From assembly GCA_964016885.1 (NCBI GenBank), contig OZ024746.1, positions 80,476,001 through 80,540,000 of the forward strand: a stretch of DNA of 64,000 bases, read 5' to 3'. The notes beneath the pieces are model-generated. The model saw only the letters and a program-made list of their open reading frames with translations, did no database searches and was not told the origin of the DNA. Made by a program: the position numbers and the translations under genes. Source of the DNA: Eledone cirrhosa. Its lineage: Eukaryota. Shown here one piece after another: positions 56,170-64,000 of the stretch. Position 1 is the first letter of the stretch. The number at the start of each line of letters is the position of its first letter.

Positions 56170-56260
56170 TAGATGCATGACCGTAGGTAAGGGTTGGCAA
56201 GAATACCGAGTTGAAGATAGTGAGTTTGGTTTTTACACATACCTCCCTTCTTCTGAATGT
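56170..56260 (-). pseudogene. Old RTE-like LINE fragment
   Basis: KTKLTIFNSVFLPTLTYGH resembles the RTE C-terminal K..IF.S...P.L.YG.E.W motif. Confidence 0.5.
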
Positions 56261-56735
56261 TAGAAAACTTATGATGTTCTCAGTAGATAAATAGCAACAC
56301 AAATAGTTCAAACAGAGAAATATGTTGTATGCGTTAAGAAGAAATAAGTCTAACGATTCGGGGTGGGAAAAAAAGAAAACATTTTATCTTTCATTACTAC
56401 TAGAAAGACTGACATTCGTTATCGCCACCAGTAAGAAGAACCCGTCACTACCACCCCATCAGAAAGCTCAGCGCCGTCGATCATGACCGCCACCACCACG
56501 AAGACCAACTTCGTTTATCACTACCGCTTTCACCACAAAGAAGGTCACTGCCTATATTATCTCCACCACCTCCGCAACCACCAATTGTGAGACCATGATG
56601 GTCATGGTCTTCCGTTAAAACCTCCGTCACAAGGAAGATCACTACATTTGTCCCTTCCACACCAACTCCACCACCAGTATTACTTTGTAGCCACTCCACC
56701 ATTGCATTGCTATAGCCTGTTTCCCCACCTACCTC

Positions 56736-56821
<86 letters not shown>

Positions 56822-56822
<1 letters not shown>

Positions 56823-57014
56823 AAAAGATTCAGGAGCTCCGGCGGTTTCGACAGCTAGATCCGAACTCGGTGTTCTTCGGATCTAGCTGTCGAAACGGCC
56901 GGAGCTCAGCCGCCGGGTGTCCTGAATATTTCATATTACCCACTCTACTACCCCAAGTATCGAGTACCCTAGTGCGTTATGGTCCACCTGGTATCTTACC
57001 ACACCCTCGCTGTT
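56822..57014 (+). mobile_element. Family-A (variant A2) element with inverted 5' segment
   Basis: GTTTCGACAGCTAGATCCGAA / TTCGGATCTAGCTGTCGAAAC, followed by the family-A tail and (TA)n. Confidence 0.8.
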
Positions 57015-57064
57015 ATATATATATATATATAGTGGAGGTAGGTGGGGAAACAGGCTATAGCAAT

Positions 57065-57139
<75 letters not shown>

Positions 57140-57805
57140 GTGTGTCTCTTGAAACAGTCGTTGTAGCCATTTTATTGTTTACTTGAATTTATATTTGTTT
57201 CTTGGTGTCATATATATCAGTGAAGGTGACCTAGAGGACTTAGAATCCCAATGTCGTCGGTTCCTTTCCTTCAAAACACTATACAGTTGCTCCAGTATAG
57301 TCAGCTGTAAATGAGTACCAGCAGTAGCTAGGGGTTTAAACCTACGATGGACTGCCGTCCTGTCTAGGGGGGGAAGTCTTTTACTTTCAGTCGCTTCACA
57401 CCACGGAAACCGGGGTAAGCACTGGCCTGATGAGCTTCCGGGATCGAGATAGACTTAAGACTTCAGTTACATATATTGTGGCCACCTCTGATCACCTTTT
57501 TCCGTCTCCAAGGACACTTTACTCGAATTTCTCAAGTAATATCTATAGTGATCAACAATTATTATGGTCATTGCGTAGGGAGAGCTATATTTTGTACATA
57601 TATGCATGTATGTGAGTGTATTTATACTAGCGAAGTGGATACGGAAGACAAACGAAAAAAAGCAGCCATTTTCATCGTTAGCCATACCCTGGAAAATACG
57701 ATTTCGTGCGTATCTGAATACACACATACCTTTTCTCAATTATGTTTTCGTTCCTCTCACTTCCTACTTTCTAATTTTCTATTTCATCTTTTATTTCTCA
57801 TTCTA

Positions 57806-57841
57806 TCTTCTGATGAAGGACTAATGTCCGAAACGTAAATA
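57806..57841 (+). ncRNA. Minimal hammerhead candidate in a PLE-like 3' end (about 57640-57930)
   Basis: TCTT-CTGATGA-A-GGAC taat GTCC-GAAA-CG-TA-AATA; the sister copy at 53931 reads GAAACGTT-AAGA, which restores stem I; related tails at 5836-5925 and 6895-6995. Confidence 0.65.
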
Positions 57842-57929
57842 TTCTTTTCCTACTATATCAAGCGTTAAACTAATATATTTCTTCATTATATTGTGTTATT
57901 TGCTTTGCAGGTTTCGTTTACCTTTTGCG

Positions 57930-57976
<47 letters not shown>

Positions 57977-57981
57977 CGTTT

Positions 57982-58175
<194 letters not shown>

Positions 58176-58469
58176 AGTCAAACTGCAGCCATGTAGGGGC
58201 ATCGTTTTGAAAGGATTTAGTCGATCGTATCGACCCCGGATACTTATGATTTTCAAGTCTGGAACTTATTTTATCGATCTCTTTCTCTCGAGCTGCTAAG
58301 TTAAGAGTGTATAATTTACTATAGCTGTGAAGCGACACCAGTAACTTAAATGTGAAGTGTTTCAAGAATGCGCTTAAGCAGACAATGCCACTATCGTGTC
58401 ATTTCGGAGCTATGAGTGTGTGCATATGGAGTGTGTATTGTTTGGAAAACACCTATAATCAAAGTAAGG

Positions 58470-58615
58470 CATTCCGGCCGTGACTATCCCACCTTTAGAA
58501 GTTTTTAGATCTTTTGTTTCTTTTCCTGGACTGTACAACGTATCTATTGAGGGAGATTTGGCTGCTATTTCTAGCAGGTCAGGCAACGACAATGAAACTT
58601 CCTCATCATTGGCTC
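58470..58615. mobile_element. Family-G dispersed repeat (GAGGGAGATTTGGCTGCTATTTCTAGCAG core)
   Basis: Related cores near 14680, 17760, 35280, 40795, 48910 and 49125. Confidence 0.6.
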
Positions 58616-58818
58616 GAAGAGGGAAGGAAGTAGGGTCCGCGAGTTGTTGGTGTATGTGTGCGTGTGTGTGTGTGTGTGGGGGGGGGGGGGGTGAGAGCGA
58701 TAGATGAGAGGTTGTTGACATCGGCTGACATCACTTGCAGCTGGGTCAAAATTTTGCTGACAAGCTGGGAAATAGCTGACACACACGCACATCTACGCAC
58801 ACATACACACATCTGCAC

Positions 58819-58849
<31 letters not shown>

Positions 58850-58909
58850 TCTGCACATATATCTACACACACACACACACACACTCCCAAACACCCACCC
58901 ACACACAAG

Positions 58910-58957
<48 letters not shown>

Positions 58958-59564
58958 CTACAATCTACACACGACCTACACACATATACAAACACACACA
59001 CACACATCTACAAACACATATACACACACACCTACAAAAATATATACGCGCACACACACCTACAGACGCACACAATTACCTTATAAACACATAACTACAG
59101 ACACATCTACACACACACGCATCTACACATCCACTCACACATACCTACACATCCACTCACACATACCTACACATCCACTCACACACACACACACATTGAC
59201 ACACACATACACACGTACACACATACAGACGAAGACAGACACACATACAGACGAAGACACAGATACAGACAAAGACACACAAACACACACTCACACACAA
59301 ACACCATCCAATTTCCTCAAAATACACTACAGTGGTAACCCCCCCCCACTCCCTCTCCCTACCTGTTGTGTGGGGCCCCTTATGAAAGTTACTAGTGGCA
59401 GTATGTAATCTGGTTGACTAGCCAGACCTTTTCAAATGCCGGGGTCTGTGAGAACATTTCTTTTAATGAACTTAGTCGTTGGTTTGTACGGGTTTGTGAT
59501 TCACTGCGGGGAAAACTGCTGTTTTAAAGGAAGGACTCAATGTAGTCATGCATGGAAAGGAAAG

Positions 59565-59870
59565 GAAGGCACTCCGTCGGTTACGACGACGAGGAGTTCC
59601 AGTTGATCCGATCAACGGAACAACCTTCTCATGAAATTAACGTGGAAGTGGCTGAGCATTCTACAGACACGCGTACCCTTAACGTAGTTCTTAGGGAGAT
59701 TCAGCGTGACAGAAAATGTGATAAGGCTACCCCTCCGAATTACTGGTACTACTTATTTTTGCCAGCTGAGTGGATTGGAGCAACGTGAAATAAATTGTCT
59801 TGCTCAAGGATACAATGCGTCGCCGGGAATCGAACTCACGACCTTATGACCACAAAGCCACGCGCCTTCA
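59565..59870 (-). mobile_element. Family-E tRNA-derived SINE, best preserved copy
   Basis: Minus strand AGGCGCGTGGCTTTGTGG (A box), GAGTTCGATTCCC (B box), CCTTGAGCAAGACA. Confidence 0.8.
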
Positions 59871-61120
59871 CAGTCATACATACCTACATATGTGAGTGAG
59901 CTATTTCTAGCATTAGCACTTACCACTTCCATCCCGAAGAGCGTTGTTGTAATATTTATTTTCTACACATGACCTGAGCAATGGCTGGCCTCCCGTTCTT
60001 GGAGAACTAATATTCTTCTAGAATTTCAAGATGTCTACTGATGAATGCTGCTCTTAGTTCAACCATTCGCCGATGTTAATCAACGGTAAATGTTGATGAT
60101 TTTTGCCGCATGAAATGGCACGATATAGCTTCAATTCTCTCATTGAGCGAGCGATGATAGAGCCACATGATCGTTATATATTATATATCGATCTCTTCGA
60201 TCTCCTTATATATATATATATATATATAATTTATACTAAACTCATTCTATGAACTGAGTGGCCTTGCCCTTGGATATTTCTACCAAACTTTTACTACAGT
60301 AAATATATATATATATATTACACACATCACATACATAATGACTGCATCTCATTTTGTGAATTGCCATCCCTTGACCTTTTTCTCATACATGGGTGACACA
60401 AACATGATTTTTTTTAGCCATGCCAAGGACTTAGATTCCTTTCTGAATAATCTGTAGCGAAAGAAAAAGAGAAAAGGCCATGCTCATGCAACACACGTGG
60501 AAGTCGTTTAGATCAAGTGATGACTGTGTTTGGAGCTATTTTATGTGAAGAAAGGCTTTACACAGGATCAATTCCACTCTATGAACAACGATGGCAAGTA
60601 CTAAACAAGAAGAGGTCAATGTCATTGACCGCCATCGAGTCGCAGGTTTTGCATCAGTTTTCGTTCTAGAATCGTGTCCTAACAAGGACTAGGGGGTCTC
60701 TCACTCTCGGCGAGCTAACTGCGCGCTTGGGTACCAAACCGAGTATTTCCGTATCCCCACGCAAACATACCCCCCCCCCCCCACACACACACATATACAT
60801 ACATACACACATACATAAATAAAAAAAATCTGAGCTCAGCCAACGAGAGTATAGACTGAAAAATCGGGGCAAAAATGAACGAACAGAAATATACCTGTGT
60901 CATCAGCTATTCGCTTGGAACCACACTTTTTGCTTTTATGGGTAGTACCATTCACCTCAGTTCACCAATAGCTAATAGAAATTAACTACTAAGTACAAGA
61001 CCAGACACAAGATACCATACTTAACATTTATCTATCGACTAACAAGAAAGACGAAGCAAAAAGAACATACACACACTTACACAGTCACATACACACACAT
61101 ACTCACTCACTCACATACAC

Positions 61121-61250
<130 letters not shown>

Positions 61251-61599
61251 ACGCAGGCGATGATTGTAGCTGAAGGTCATTGATGACAGGTCTGTTTCAC
61301 CAGGACTGGCTATGGGCTTACAGTCATATACAGAATTGTACAGTATGATACGGTTGGATAGTGTGACAGATGCATGCACTGATGCGGTTGTATATTGTGA
61401 CACAAGTGCATACAAGCGTCACGGGTGTAAAGTGTGATATGCTGTGTCATTGTTATTTAGAGTGGCACAGCTCAATGTAGTGACATAGTTGTTACATACA
61501 GTTATATAGTTACTAACAGTTACATAGATGTACACAAGGACAGCACTATAACTACATAGTCACATAGTAACACAGCTACATAGAACCATTGTTCACAGT

Positions 61600-64000
61600 A
61601 ACGCAGCTATATAGAACTACTGTGACAGTAAAATAGCTATATAGAACTACTGTGACAGTAACATAGCTATATAGAACTACTGTGACTAACATAGCTATAT
61701 AGCACTACTGTGACAGTAACATGGCTATATAGAACTACTGTGACAGTAACATAGTTGTATAGAACTACTGTGACAGTAACATAGCTATATAGAACTACTT
61801 TGACAGTAACAGCTATATAGAACTACTGTGACAGTAACATGGCTATATAGAACTACTGTGACAGTAACATGGCTATATAGAACTACTGTGACAGTAACAT
61901 AGTTATATAGAACTACTGTGACAGTAACATAGCTATATAGAACTACTGTGACAGTAACATAGCTATATAGCACTATTGTGACAGTAACACAGCTATATAG
62001 AACTACTGTGACAGTAACATAGCTATATAGAACTACTGTGACAGTAACATAGCTATATAGAACTACTGTGACAGTAACATAGCTATATAGAACTACTGTG
62101 ACAGTAACATAGCTATATAGAACTACTGTGACAGTTATATAGCTATGTAGAACTACTGTGACAGTGACACAGCTATATAGAACTACAGTGACAGTAACAT
62201 AGCTATATAGAACTACTGTGACAGTAACATAGCTATATAGAACTACTGTGACAGTAACATGGCTATATAGAACTACTGTGACAGTAACAGCTATATAGAA
62301 CTACTGTGACAGTAACAGCTATATAGAACTACTGTGACAGTAACATAACTATATAGAACTACTGCGACAGTAACATGGCTATATAGAACTACTGTGACAG
62401 TAACAGCTATATAGAACTATTGTGACAGTGACATAGCTATATAGAACTACTGTGACAGTGACATAGCTATATAGAACTACTGTGACAGTGACATGGCTAT
62501 ATAGAACTACTGTGACAGTAACACAGCTATATAGAACTACTGTGACAGTGACATGGCTATATAGAACTACTGTGACAGTAACAGCTATATAGAACTACTG
62601 TGCCAGAGACACAGCTATATAGAACTACTGTGACAGTAACATAGCTATATAGAACTACTGTGACAGTAACATGGCTATATAGAACTACTGTGACAGTGAC
62701 AACTATATAGAACTACTGTGACAGTAACACAGCTATATAGAACTACTGTGACAGTGACATGGCTATATAGAACTACTGTGACAGTAACACAGCTATATAG
62801 AACTACTGTGACAGTGACAGCTATATAGAACTACTGTGACAGTAACACAGCTATATAGAACTACTGTGACAGTAACACAGCTATATAGAACTACTGTGAC
62901 AGTGACACAGCTATATAGAACTACTGTGACAGTAACATAGCTATATAGAACTACTGTGACAGTAACAAGGCTATATAGAACTACTGTGACAGTAACAGCT
63001 ATATAGAACTACTGTGACAGTAACATAGCTATATAGAACTACTGTGACAGTAACATAGCTATATAGAACTACTGTGACAGTAACATAGCTATATAGAACT
63101 ACTGTGACAGTGACATAGCTATATAGAACTACTGTGACAGTAACATGGCTATATAGAACTACTGTGACAGTAACATAGCTATATAGAACTACTGTGACAG
63201 TAACATAGCTATATAGAACTACTGTGACAGTGACATGGCTATATAGAACTACTGTGACAGTGACACAGCTATATAGAACTACTGTGACAGTAACATAGCT
63301 ATATAGAACTACTGTGACAGTAACATAGCTATATAGAACTACTGTGACAGTAACATAGCTATATAGAACTACTGTGACAGTAACATAGCTATATAGAACT
63401 ACTGTGACAGTAACACAGCTATATAGAACTACTGTGACAGTAACACAGCTATATAGAACTACTGTGACAGTAACATGGCTATATAGAACTACTGTGACAG
63501 TAACACAGCTATATAGAACTACTGTGACAGTGACATGGCTATATAGAACTACTGTGACAGTAACACAGCTATATAGAACTACTGTGACAGTGACATGGCT
63601 ATATAGAACTACTGTGACAGTGACACAGCTATATAGAACTACTGTGACAGTAACATAGCTATATAGAATTACTGTGACAGTAACATAGCTATATAGAACT
63701 ACTGTGACAGTAACATAGCTATATAGAACTACTGTGACAGTAACACAGCTATATAGAACTACTGTGACAGTAACATGGCTATATAGAACTACTGTGACAG
63801 TAACACAGCTATATAGAACTACTGTGACAGTAACACAGCTATATAGAACTACTGTGACAGTAACATGGCTATATAGAACTACTGTGACAGTGACACAGCT
63901 ATATAGAACTACTGTGACAGTAACACAGCTATATAGAACTACTGTGACAGTAACATGGCTATATAGAACTACTGTGACAGTAACATGTCTATATAGAACT
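61600..64000. repeat. 30-bp satellite AGCTATATAGAACTACTGTGACAGTAACAT (about 80 units, runs off the right edge)
   Basis: Read directly; 28-bp deletion variants and recurring substitution variants. Confidence 0.98.

Noticed and set aside
61600-64000. CRISPR-like array (30-bp partly palindromic repeat)
   Set aside because: Units are contiguous with no unique spacers, no cas genes are present, and the context is eukaryotic

Overview
Repeat-saturated eukaryotic non-coding DNA (a large intron or intergenic region). The extreme (TA)n/(CA)n/(CATA)n/(GA)n/(GAT)n microsatellite density and the SINE families resemble a coleoid cephalopod (octopus-like) genome; this is inference, not a database result. 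No intact host gene is supported, and almost all ORFs in the track are microsatellite translations. Protein-coding remnants are all from non-LTR retrotransposons: three RTE-clade copies, a 5'-truncated R4/Dong-clade copy embedded in (CATA)n, and a CRE-like endonuclease fragment. There are also many tRNA-type SINEs, a (TATG)n-tailed non-autonomous retroposon family, three small MITEs, several mini/satellites and a 200-N gap. The most notable signal is a set of short elements, from several unrelated families and mostly ending in (TA)n, that carry minimal type I hammerhead-ribozyme motifs (CUGANGA...GAAA...UH with a palindromic stem III). Several also have fold-back inverted 5' ends, the architecture of Penelope-like element pseudo-LTRs. 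A second recurring signal is local inverted duplication of flanking host DNA at microsatellite or insertion junctions. All coordinates and foldings were done by eye.
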